Of a DNA stretch of 64,000 nt, positions 37,774 through 49,509 are shown piece by piece. How positions within the stretch are numbered: position 1 is the first letter of the stretch; the number at the start of each line of letters is the position of its first letter. The translations under genes and the position numbers were made by a program. Source of the DNA: Azolla caroliniana (Eukaryota; Plantae; Polypodiophyta); assembly GCA_043228905.1 (NCBI GenBank), contig JBHGNT010000010.1:6448001-6512000 (forward strand). The letters run 5' to 3'. The notes below the pieces were generated by a model. It worked only from the letters and a program-made list of their open reading frames with translations. It ran no database searches and had not been told where the DNA came from.

Positions 37774-39929
37774 TGAAAGGAATACAGGGGTCGGCCACGA
37801 CCGACTCTTAGGTTAAACTCAAGCTAGTCAGTCAGACAAAAAAGTGGAAAAAGAAAAGAGCTAACACAGAAGTTTTACGTGGAAACCCTAAATGGGAAAA
37901 ACCATGGGAGCCCACAGACTCCAAACAGATTCACTATCTCAGAGTCTATACAAGAACTCAAGGCCACAACCTTGGTAGGATCTTTGTCTTAGTAGACGGA
38001 TGTACACATAGAACAAGGGAAACAAAGAAATGACAACTATTACACCTGATGTGTGCGGAGCCGTCGAACTTTCGGGTTGGATTCTAGGGTCGATTGCTAC
38101 ACAAGCTCGACCTTCACAACACACAATCCTTCTTTGATCTCCCCTCTCTTACTGTTCTTTGTTGCAATATTCTACTCTGTTATGTGTAGTAATCACCGAT
38201 ACACCCATGTAGGGCTTGTACATACATACATACATACACACATATGTATGTATGTATTTACATATTTGTCCATAGGGTTTTAGGGTTCAGCACTTAGCCT
38301 TAGCCGACTCCTGATTGGCATTCGACCCTTAGCCGGATAGTCAACCCTCAACTGGATGGCCGACTGAGATCAGGCTCTTAGCCAAAACGGCCTCTAGTTG
38401 AATCGAAACTTCTCCCATAAAGAGGGACATCATTTCATAACAAACCCCCCCCTTCACTCATGTATGTGGGAGTCGACCATGCCTATCAACCGACAAGCTT
38501 TTAGTTTTTCCATAGACAAAAATTTGTCAACATATTTGATCCAATATCATATGTATGGATCTTTACAAGAGCAAATTCCTTTTCTTCCACTCTCTCTCGT
38601 AACCAATGCTATCTACTCTGGATATGTTTTGTCTGAGAGTGGTAGGCAACATTCTTAGCAAGGTGGATGACACTTTGATTATCACAGTGAAGTAGGAATT
38701 GATGTTGCCTCAATCTTAACTCACTCATGAAATCTTTCATCCATATCAGTTCCTTGATGGCATCTATAGATGCCATGTACTCAACTTCGGTGGTTGACAA
38801 AGCCACAAACTTTTGCAACCTAGATTGTCATGATATGGATCCCCATTGCACAGGTCATTACATACCCAAATGTAGGTCGGCTGGAATTAGCATTGGCCGA
38901 CATATCAGAGTTTGTAGAACCTTCAAGCACGGGTTTCCCTAAGTTGTATCGTAGAGAAACACTCGAGGTGCCTCTTAGGTATCTAAGTACCCACTTACTG
39001 CAGCCCAATGTTCCTTTCCGGGATTGCTCATGTATCGGTTGACCATTCTGACAACATATGGAATGTTTGGCATGGTACACACCCTAGCATACATTAGGCC
39101 TCCATAACTGAGGCATATGGTATCTTCCTCATCTCAGCCTTATCCTTTTCGGACTTGGGACATTGACTGACATTCCACTTGCAATTTGTCGGCAATGTTG
39201 AGCAGACTGGCTTGGCATTCTGCATGTTGAATCTTTGGAGCACCTTTGTCACGTACTTTTCTTGTGACAACCACAAAATGTTCTTTGTCCTGTCCCGGAC
39301 TATGTGTATCCCCAAGATCTTCTTTGCTGGACCCAAATCTTTCATTGCAAAGGACTTATTCAAAGCCTTTTTCATACTTGCAATATTCTTTATGTCTTGT
39401 TTGACAATAAGAATATCATCAACATACAGTAGGAGAATTAGAAAATCTCCTCCATCATATCTTTTCACAAAAACACAGTGGTTAGCTTGTGATTTGTGGA
39501 ATTCATGGTCTATCATGAAGGATTCAAACCTTTTATACCATTGCCGGGGAGTTTGCTTCAGTCCATACATGGTCTTTCTTTGCCGTCACACTAGGTCTTC
39601 TTTTCCTTTCTATTCAAATCCTTTAGGTTGATGCATGTAGATCTCTTCTTCTAGATCACCATGCAAGAAAGTAGTCGTGACATCCAACTGCTCTATCTCC
39701 ATGTTCATGTTGGTTTCAATGCTCAACATGGTTCTAATTGATGTCATCTTAACCATTAGAGAAAATATTTCATCGAAATCTACACCCTTTTTCTGTTGGA
39801 AGCCCTTCACCACAATGCGAGCTTTGTATCTAGGTGAATTTCCGTTCTCTCTAGGTTTCAATTTGTATACCCACTTATTCCTCGGTGCCTTCATTCCTTT
39901 TTGCCAACTCAATCAACTCATATGTCTGG
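37774..39929 (-). mobile_element. 3' part of Copia element 'F' (3' LTR 37774-38442, RNase H, RT)
   Basis: PPT adjacent to the LTR, plus YGLKQTPRQWY, LLLYVDDIL and CDNQSVIHLAKN motifs. Interrupted at 39930 by Copia H. Confidence 0.9.
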
Positions 39930-40292
39930 TGTTAGGAAACATGTCCCTCTAGATGGGAAGAGCACGATCCGGATTGGAGTCTGAAGAACAAGAACCGGAT
40001 GGTAAGAGTGCTAGAGCCGGATGAAGATCAACGAGAGCCGGATCGGTAAGAGCCGGATGGGAGGTTGGATCTGAAAGAGGACATATTTGTAAATATGTTT
40101 TTGGTATGCCTAAGATATGCCATATTTGTAAATACGCCATAGTATGTATTAGTATAAATACATCTAGGGCAAACCATTATAATGATGATGAGGTGGTTGT
40201 AACTAGTGCATTAGAGAGTGTAACTAGTGTGTAATAGAGAAAGAGTATGAGAAAACTCTGTTGTAACCGTCATTAGATGAAGAGGAGCTCAC

Positions 40293-40487
40293 GGAGGTTT
40301 GTATGATACATGGACACCCGGGGACGGGGACGTGAGAAAGATTACCAATCCTACCCTAACTCCAAGTGTAATCTTTGGTTATCTACTAAAATCTCCTTTT
40401 GGTGGGGAAGGTTGGATTGTAAGCGTAGATAACCTCGAAGATATTATGGGGGGACATGTCTAGTTCGGATCTATCTATATTTTCGGA
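40293..40487 (+). pseudogene. psbC: Nuclear plastid DNA fragment (NUPT) of photosystem II CP43 inside the LTR of Copia H
   Basis: Translates as [64 protein letters not shown], matching the conserved CP43 segment. One TGG>TAG stop. Confidence 0.95.
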
Positions 40488-41821
40488 CAGGTATTAGTAG
40501 CGTAATCCAAAAATACTTATCTTTATGTATCAGTTACATGAGCCAAAATAGCCAATGCTATTTCTATTACTAAAAAATTGTTCTCCGCGGGCTTTCATCG
40601 TGCGTGCTAAGTTGTTGGCCAAGACTAGTTACTAGTCCGCCAATTTCTTATTGTTAGAATAAAGAAGCTGGTCATCATTTACTAATATCCATGACTTGTC
40701 GTAGGTTTTTTCCTTAGTGTCTCTTGCTGTATTCCTTCCCACTATAGTGATCTAGTTTGGAGTTTGCGGACTCCCGTGATTTTTCCCATTCAGGGTTTTC
40801 CACGTTAAATATCTATGTCTCTGTACTTTGTTCTTGTCTTTTGTTTCTTGGTTGTCTTGGTTCTTGTGTCTCTCATTGTGTTGACCGGTTGTGGCCGACT
40901 ACATATTTATAAAAATTGGTATTAGAGCGATGGATGAACATCTTGGAGGAATATTCAAGCTAATCGGCTCCAGCTATTCAGTGTGGAAGTCAAAGATGAG
41001 GGATATTTTGGTGTGTTGAGACCTCTGGCTACTGGTGTAGTTCAGAGATGATAAGCCAGACAAAATCTGTAAAGAATCAGATATGATTCTTGTGAAGCGG
41101 AAGGGATGTGAGTTATGTGTGTATGTGTGAGAGAAGAGAGGAGAGGAGAGAAACACAAGATAGATAAGAGACAATATGAAGTACTCAAGAAGAAGAAGGA
41201 GATGTATATTAACAAGTAGAATATGAGATACAAAATAGCGTTACAAGGAGTCACAAAACCAACTTAATATGGAGTAGGAGGAGGGTGCTTTATATGGAGT
41301 CACCCTCTCTCTTCATTTACTCACTACAACATTCACTCTCTCACTAGAGCCTTGAGGAATGTGAAGTCTTACGGTCATGGGGAATGTAGAACCATTAGTT
41401 ATGTGTCATAGAATATGAATCTATGACACATAGTTTAATGTGTAGAGAGTGGTGGTGTGACTCTTGACGTTTGAGTAATCATAGATTCTCAAACGGTGTG
41501 TTCACACGTTGCTCTATGTTGAGCTTGATTCTCAACATGCCCCCTCAAGCTCAACTCGGGTCGGCTCCTTTCGGTTGATGTCTGCTTCGGCTGGTATCCG
41601 GTTTAGACGATCTCTGTTGTCCGTTTCGGCTCATACCCGGTTCGGTCGGTATCCGATTCTCTCTTGTACTCCCCCTCAAGCTTGGCAAGTTAGGGATCAT
41701 CAATCCAAGGTCTGACATGAATTGCCGAAGCTTGTCGGCTCCTAGGGCTTTCGTGAAGATGTCGGTCGTTTGAAGATTTGTGTTGATGTGTAGAAGGTCG
41801 ACATCTCCGGCCTGAACACGC

Positions 41822-42682
41822 TGTCGTGAAGAATGTGCTTCAGGATATAAAAATGAGCTTAAATGTTGTATTTAATAATATTTGAGAAACTTGAACCCAC
41901 ATCCTTATATACGATGTACAATGTACATACCACTAGGCTAGGCTATTTATTTGTAAAAATGTGTAATAAATGTGCTTCATGATATAAGAATGAAGCTATA
42001 TATTGTATTAAGTAAAATTGAGGGACTTGAACCCTCAACCTTGTATACCAAGCACCAAGCATACAACACTAAGCTAGGTTAGTTATTTTAGAATGCATTT
42101 TCATCATTATACTTATCCCATATCTATTTTCATACATAACCATCATTCATCACATGCAATGCATGTGCGCCAAATGGCGATCATGCATTACATGTAACTT
42201 ATGCATTGCATGCATGCCATGCTCCCATACATTACCATATGCATGGCAACACTTATATAAAGAGGGGCAAGGAAAACAAGAGGAAATCAAGAAGAGAGAG
42301 TGAGAAAATAATACAATCAAGTAAAGAAGACTAGCTCATTGGGTGGAGAACCTCTCGTTTCGAAGTTGAGGTCGTGGCTTCAAATCAAGGGTCGGTAGAG
42401 AATGTGTTTAGTTTGCAATCAAGGATTGTAAAGTTGGTAAAATATTGTCTTTTTAATATACATCATGTTTATATCAAATAATCTTGCTTCTTGAATCATA
42501 TATTATCTCTATCTTCTATCTATTCTCGTCTCTCTCTCTCACACATTACTCGTAACTCTTCTTCTTACCACTCTTAACCTTTCTAACATCACCATACAAG
42601 CCTTATTAAAAGTTAAGTTTCTTCAACTCCCCTTAACCTTAGTCCCCGCGACTTCGCCGCACGAACCACAACTACCCCGACA
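41822..42682 (+). repeat. 5' LTR of element K
   Basis: Direct repeat of 52927-53850. Confidence 0.95.
41883..42076 (-). promoter_or_regulatory. Two tandem tRNA-like A-box/B-box modules (putative Pol III type-2 promoter or TFIIIC sites), antisense in the LTR U3; repeated at 52988-53181
   Basis: The minus strand reads TAGCCTAGTGGT...GGTTCAAGT and TAGCTTAGTG(G/T)T...GAGGG-TTCAAGT-CCCTC, with tRNA-like A-to-B spacing. Confidence 0.6.
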
Positions 42683-43275
42683 CATTTGGTGAGCCCGACG
42701 TGAAGACGACGACGAGGAGAAATGGAGGAGCAAATGAGGCTTATGTGTACGATGATGGAACGAGTGATGTGGGAACAAGGGATGATGGCAAGTATCGACA
42801 AAGCCGTCGACAATATTCTCGCACGAGTAGGAATCTTCGAAGGTATAAATTTAACAAGATTTCTGAAGATTTATAATGAAGAAATGCTTAAACGCGGTAT
42901 CGACGAAGCTGCAAAAATTAATAGCTTTAGTCGAGTCGCTGCGATTGGGCTACAAGAAAGGATCCAGGAGCTACAGAGGGAACATCAGACATGGGCGACT
43001 TTCGAAAGAGCATTGCTAAATGAATACAACCTCAATGATATGTCAAGGATGACAAGGTGAGCCTTCATGGATTGGGTAGAGTCTAATAAACATTTAAGTG
43101 TTTTGGAAGTATTAAAAGAGTTTTCTGAATGATTTGAGCAACTAAATGTTAGAGATAGAAATACTATCTCTAAAAGGAGGCACGAGGCATTATTTCGAAC
43201 CAAATCGGTTCAACGCCAGTCTTAAGCCTCCTAGCTACTATTGTACATTCTCTCCACATAATATATATCTTTTCT

Positions 43276-43334
<59 letters not shown>

Positions 43335-43528
43335 CCTCTCACTCACTCTTTCCTTATCTCGAGAGTTCTTCACCTCTCTTAGTACTAATACTTCTTTTAG
43401 TACTATTTCCTTCTCTATCTTAGTATTGTTCCTGATAGTTTGAACTGATTTCGATCGATCTTCCTTTCCTCTTCCTTTCCTCCGTTTCCTTTTATCTTCT
43501 TATTAATCCTCTTATCCTCCCTAGTAAA

Positions 43529-44668
43529 ATGGAAACTGTTAGCGCTCAGGAATACCAATCTGTTTTCTCGGAGCTCCAATGCTTAAAAGAGAAATTTGTA
43601 GCACTAGAACAAGAAAATCATCGCTTGTTGGGGGATCTTCAACAAATAGCGCTGGAAAAACAACAACACGGGGAGCTGACACTACGTGTACAACAACTCG
43701 AAGCGACTATCATATCATTACAACAACAAGGATCAAGCACTCAAGGGATTCACAAAGAACCCAAGATCGGTCTTCCTGCAAAATTTGATGGGACCCGATC
43801 ACAGTTTAGAGGGTTTTTGAATCAGGTACGTTTAGTGATACAAATGCATCCTTCTCGATATCCCACCGATGCATCACGAGTGGGACTAGTAGGCACTCTC
43901 CTTAGTGGCTCAGCGTTAGCATTGTTTGCTCCATTGTTGGAAAAGGATTCTCCATTATTAAACAGTTTTGAAGAATTTATAAGTGAGTTTAAGGCCTATT
44001 TTGGAGATACTGACAACATAAGGACTGCAATCAACAAAATCCGGTGATTACGCCAAGGTGATCGTCTAGCTTCCGCATATGCTGTAGATTTCCGCCTACT
44101 TGCTGCCGATATCCCTTGGGATGATCACGCATTGATGGAGCAATTCCGTTATGGCTTACGCAACGATGTCAAGGATTTACTCTTGACCTTCCCCGAAGAG
44201 CCAAAGTCATTAACAGAAGCAATTAGTTGCGCGGTGAGATGCGACAACCGCCTCTTCGAACGACGTTCGGAACGACAATTCCAGATTCCGAGGGCAAGAT
44301 CAGAGCCTACCTATGCCTCAGGGGTAGCGAAACCTTTTCCGAGGGAATCATATAATGCGCCTCCAGCAAGTACTCCAACTCCGATGGAAATTGACACCAC
44401 ACGTCGTCGTGGACCGCTATCGGAAGAAGAAAAGCAACGATGCCGAGCAAACCGACTATGTCTTTATTGCGGTGGACCAGGGCATATCGCGCTAAACTGT
44501 CCCCATAGGCCAAGAAGGCAGGTAAACCAAATAGTTGCTAGTTCTGATTGTACTAAACCCGAGTCTATTTTAGTAGGGATATCTGATAGTCCTAATAGTA
44601 CTAATAGCCCAAATCTAGCGAACAAATTTGATGTCCTTAGTCAGTTAGAAGAAGAGTTAAACGACTAA
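43529..44668 (+). pseudogene. gag: gag of the Tcn1-like element (one premature TGA at 44045-44047)
   Basis: Same-frame ORFs 43529-44047 and 44132-44668, with a coiled-coil N-terminus and a CCHC knuckle. Confidence 0.88.
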
Positions 44669-47600
44669 GTCCAGCCAAAATAGGAGCCGTTTGGTTGGAC
44701 AGCCCTAGATCTGTGCAGCCCATTAGTGGTTCCATTCCCTCTAAGCAAGTTAGCAATGTGTTCGTAGCCCAAGTAACAGTTAGTACTAAAAGTACTCCTC
44801 TAGCACATGTCTTAGCACTTCTAGATTCTAGAGCTAATTCTTGCTTCATGGATAGGAAATTTGCCCAAGCTCATCAGATATCTCTCAGAAAACTCCCGTG
44901 TCCTGCCCTTGTAGTAGTCGTCGATGGTCGTCCCATTGCCTCAGGAAATATCATAGAAGAGTCAGACCCCGTTAATGTTGTCCTAGATAATCTAGCATGT
45001 GTCATATCATTTAATATAATTAGCATCCCAGAACACCCCATTGTCTTAGGATTACCATGGTTCGAATTACATAACCCAGACATAGATTGGCGGACAAGAG
45101 AAATCCGGCATTGAAAAGCCCGAGGGTCTACTCATGAGATTGCAATGATTTCACTACATCAGTTGCGTGAGGAAGGATGCAAGGAAGAAATGTTCCTCTT
45201 CGCAATATCAGTAAACCCCTCTAGCACCACTAAAGAGGATTCCACCGTTCAACTTCCAGAGAAGTATCATCAGTATGCCGATGTGTTTGATAAAGTACAA
45301 GCCAGTACGCTTCCTCACCATCGACCATATGATTGCCCCATCGATTTACAACCGGGGAAAGAGCCACCTTGGGGACCGATCTACAATTTGTCACCAACCG
45401 AACTGGAAGTCCTTCGAGCCTATATAGAGGAGAATTTGGAGAATGGTTTCATACGACATTCGAAATCTCCAGCCGGCACACCCATTTTCTTTGTCAAGAA
45501 AAAGGATGGCTCACTTCGGCTCGTTGTAGATTACCGTGGCTTGAATAAGGTTACAATCCAAAATAGGTATGCACTCCCCCTTATCTCAAGTCTTTTAGAA
45601 CGGATCAATGGTGCCAGGTTCTTCACGAAGATCGACTTACGGGGAGCCTATAACCTCGTACGGATCCGACCAGGAGATGAATGGAAGACCGCGTTCTGCA
45701 CCAGATATGGGCACTTCGAGTATACGGTCATGCCGTTCGGCCTCACTAATGCACCAACAGTCTTCCAGCACATGGCAAATGATATTTTCCGAGATCTCTT
45801 GGATGTGTGTCTAATCATCTATTTGGATGATCTACTGGTTTACTCGAAGACCCAAGAAGAGCATGATTCTCATGTACTGTTAGTACTAAAACGACTTCGA
45901 GAACATGGTCTCTATGCAAAGTTGGAAAAATGTAGTTTCGGGTGCAACCAGGTGGAATTTCTCGGCTATGTCATTTCCTCAGAAGGCATCTCCATGGACC
46001 CAGCTAAGGTCAAAACGGTGGTAGAATGGCAGACTCCGCGTTCGGTGCGGGATGTGCAATGCTTTCTAGGCTTTGCCAATTTTTACCGGAAGTTTATAAA
46101 GGAATACTCAAAGCTCGTTTTGCCTCTTACACAACTTACTAGGAAGGGACAATCGTTCGTTTGGTCTGAAGAAGCGGACATGGCTTTTGAGAATCTTAAA
46201 CAGGCATTTACATCGGCTCCGATTCTAGCTCACGTTGATCCAGAAAAACCATTCATCATTGAAGCGGACACATCGGATTTTGCATTGGGAAGCATTCTAT
46301 CACAACGAGGTAATGATGAAAAGCTACATCCTGTGGCTTTTCACTCACGCAAGTTTGACGCCGCCGAAATCAACTACGAAATTCATGATAAAGAGCTATT
46401 GGCTATAGTGGACTCTTTTATGCAATGGAGGCATTTTCTAGAGGGATCTTCTCATCAAGTCACTGTATTCAGTGACCACAAAAACCTCGCCTATTTTCAA
46501 GATGCTCGTGTGTTAAATCGACGTCAAGCTCGGTGGGCCCATTTTCTCACGCGTTTCGACTTCAAGATTACATATCGACCTGGGAAACATCAAGGGAAAG
46601 CAGATGCATTATCACGGCGTTCGTACCTAGCACCGCGTCTCGGCGAGCCAGCTTTTGATAACCAAAAGCAAGTAATCTTGGGACTGGCACGACTGCAAGC
46701 AACACAGGTCTTTGGCATGCCCATGGATTCCCAAGTTATCGATATCATATGTGCGGACCTAAAGACAGATGCTTTCGCCCAAGCTATACTAGCACAAATT
46801 GATCCCTCTCGAGCGTCATGTTCACAGCCGCAACCACCAGGTACGGACTATCGGCAATTCAAATACCATGATGGATTACTCTTCTTTAAAGAACTTTTGT
46901 ATGTTCCTAATGGTTCTTCCCGCCTTCAAGTAGTACAAAACTGTCATGACACATATACAACTGGGCATTTTGGTAGTACTAAAACATTAGATTTAGTACA
47001 ACGATCATTCTGGTGGCCCCGTATGCGACAATTTGTCGAAGATTTTGTTCGGACTTGTGACACATGCTGCAGAGCGAAAATGCCAAGGCATCATCCATAT
47101 GGTTTATTAGAACCATTACCAATTCCAAGCAAGCCGTGGCAATCCATTGCTCTAGACTTCATCACAGATCTTCCAGTCTCCAAGGGGTTCAATGCGATTC
47201 TAACAGTGGTAGATCGATATACGAAGATGGCTCATTTTTTGCCATGTACTAAGGAAATCTCCAATGAAGACACCGCCGAAATTGTCATGCGTGAAGTATG
47301 TCGGCATCATGGACTTCCCGATAGTATCGTCAGTGACTGTGGACCCCAGTTCGTGTCAAAATTCTGGAAGCACCTTTTTAAAATGCTCAAGGTCACTAGT
47401 AACCTCTCCTCCGGCTACCACCCACAAACCGACGGCCAAGCCGAACGAACAAATCAAACGCTGGAGTAGTACCTGTAGTGCTTTCTCAGCTATCATCAGG
47501 ATGACTGGGCAGATATTCTCCACTTCGCCGAATTTGCCTATAATAACTCTATCCACGCATCGACTAAAGTTACGCCATTTTATGCTTATACGGGATGTCA

Positions 47601-48201
47601 CCCCCAGTGGTGTGTACTTGAAACCCTAGAGGTGTCCACAAATCCTTGCGTGGAGGATCGTTTGGAGTGGTTCCGCAAGATACAAGCGGATTTATCTACT
47701 CATCTCCAACAAGCTTAGCAAACACACAAGGTTTATGCGGATTGTCATCGACTCCCATCCAGTTTTAACATTGGAGATCGGGTATGGTTACTCCGACGAC
47801 ACATCAAGACTACTCGCCCATGCGAGAAGTTGGATTATCGGCGATTAGGTCCTTTCCGTATCATAGGAAAGATTAATGATGTCGCTTTTCCTCTCGATCT
47901 ACCTCCACAACTTCGGATACATCCGGTATTTCATAGTTCTCTCCTTGAACCCTATCAAGAGAGCACCATCCGAGAACGTATTACATAGCCTCCACCCCCG
48001 ATCGAGCTTGAAGATGGACCTGAGTACGAGGTTGCCGCCATCCTTGATTCCAAGATTGTTTGCAACAAGCTCTACTATCTAGTCGATTGGCCAGGATATA
48101 GTCCCAGTGAGCGTACTTGGGAACCGATAGAGAATGTCACCAATGCTCATGCACTTCTTGAAGACTTCCATCATCAATATCTAGACAAACCGGGTCCTTA
48201 A
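44641..48201 (+). pseudogene. pol: pol (protease-RT-RNase H-integrase-chromodomain) of the Tcn1-like element, in the -1 frame relative to gag, with several point stops
   Basis: ORFs 44695-45114 and 45145-47469 share a frame. Chromodomain EYEVAAILDSKIV..KLYYLVDWPGYSPSERTWEPIENV at ~48020-48140. Confidence 0.92.
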
Positions 48202-48255
48202 TCCAAAACGACTCGTTACACTCGTCGTTTTAAAGGGGGGATAGTGTCATGATAT

Positions 48256-48314
48256 GGCAAGACTCGAACCCATGACTTTATGCTACATGGGTCGAGCTCT
48301 TCACCATTAGACTA
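48256..48314 (-). promoter_or_regulatory. tRNA-like A-box/B-box module, antisense, at the start of the Tcn1-like LTR
   Basis: Minus strand TAGTCTAATGGTGAAGAGC...ATGGGTTCGAGTCTTGCC with tRNA-like spacing. Confidence 0.55.
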
Positions 48315-49509
48315 TACATTGTAATGCGTAGAATATTATTTTCATTTATGTTTTATTATAGAAAATTGATGTATATTCCAGATTTCTCTGGAACATTCTA
48401 GAAACTTCAGGAGTATTCCTTAGAACACTATAAAAGGAGGCACGAGGCATTATTTCGAACCAAATCGGTTCAACGCCAGTCTTAAGCCTCCTAGCTACTA
48501 CTGTACATTCTCTTCACATAATATATATCTTTTCTTATCATCTCTCTCTCTCTCTCTCGATCTGTCTCTCCCTCCCTCTCACTCACTCTTTCCTTCTCTC
48601 GAGAGTTCTTCACCTCTCTTAGTACTAATACTTCTTTTAGTACTAATTCCTTCTCTGTCTTAGTATTGTTCCTGACAATAGTGCCAGATAAAGTCATATT
48701 GTTTCTACAAGCTACTAATATTAAAGACAGGAAGGACTTGGGAATGCTTTTAGAAGATCAGAATAGTCCAAGTGGACTTACCGAAGACTGGGAGGAGGTG
48801 AAAAGGGCGTGCGCCCATTTCTGCAAAAGAAAGTTATGGTTTATGGAGTTGCCCGACAGAAATGATGAAGAAATAGGGAACGAGTCAGGAGAAAAGAAAG
48901 TAGAAGAATCACTCTTACACGAATTGGTGAAAGGCATGAAAGACTTCTCGATCAAAGTGACGAAGCTAGAATCAGGACAAAGCTCGACTTCATCAAGGCA
49001 GGGAGGTGGAATGGTCCGAAGGTGTATGTGGTGTGATAGTAACGACCACCAGAAGAAAGATTGTCAAGAGCATAGGGATGTGCTTAATCATAATAAAATC
49101 TACCATCAAGAGGGCAAGATTCACTCGACCGAGACTCGACAACCACTTCAACTCAACTTCGAGCAAGGAGGAATGAAAAAGCTAATGGAATATCCCGAGA
49201 GAGAAACGACTCAAGCGATACAATCCGTGGCAACCTTAGGGTTGCACGTAGAAGACTCATATAGTGGATCTGGCTTTTGGCAAGATGTGATGGATTATGC
49301 AAGAAAAGGGAAGGTTCGAGTGGATGAATTAAAAAGAGCGGGAGATGAAATACGCAACTTCACTGGATGGAATGATCCAGTAGACGCGCTATCAGCATTC
49401 GCCCAAGTGAATGCACAAGATGTGCTAGTGGAAGAGAAGCGGAAGAGAGCTGAGGAAGCTGATCCGACAAAGAGACATGAGACACGAGAACAGAAGAGAA
49501 GGGAGATTA

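Larger units (their letters stand above)
43171..48677 (+). mobile_element. Ty3/Gypsy chromovirus, Tcn1-like (5' LTR 43171-43437 lacking U3; 3' LTR 48245-48677)
   Basis: Gag EPKIGLPAKFDG and CLYCGGPGHIALNC, protease LLDS, RT YLDD, RNase H, integrase HHCC and GPF motifs, and a C-terminal chromodomain. PPT aaaggggggatag. Confidence 0.92.
42722..49509 (+). pseudogene. gag: gag of element K, split by the Tcn1-like insertion
   Basis: The frame reads ...RDRNT | IVPDKVILF... across the insertion. Zinc knuckle CMWCDSNDHQKKDC. Confidence 0.8.

Noticed and set aside
41883-42076. Functional tRNA genes
   Set aside because: No pairing acceptor stem and a poor anticodon arm; reported only as A/B-box modules.
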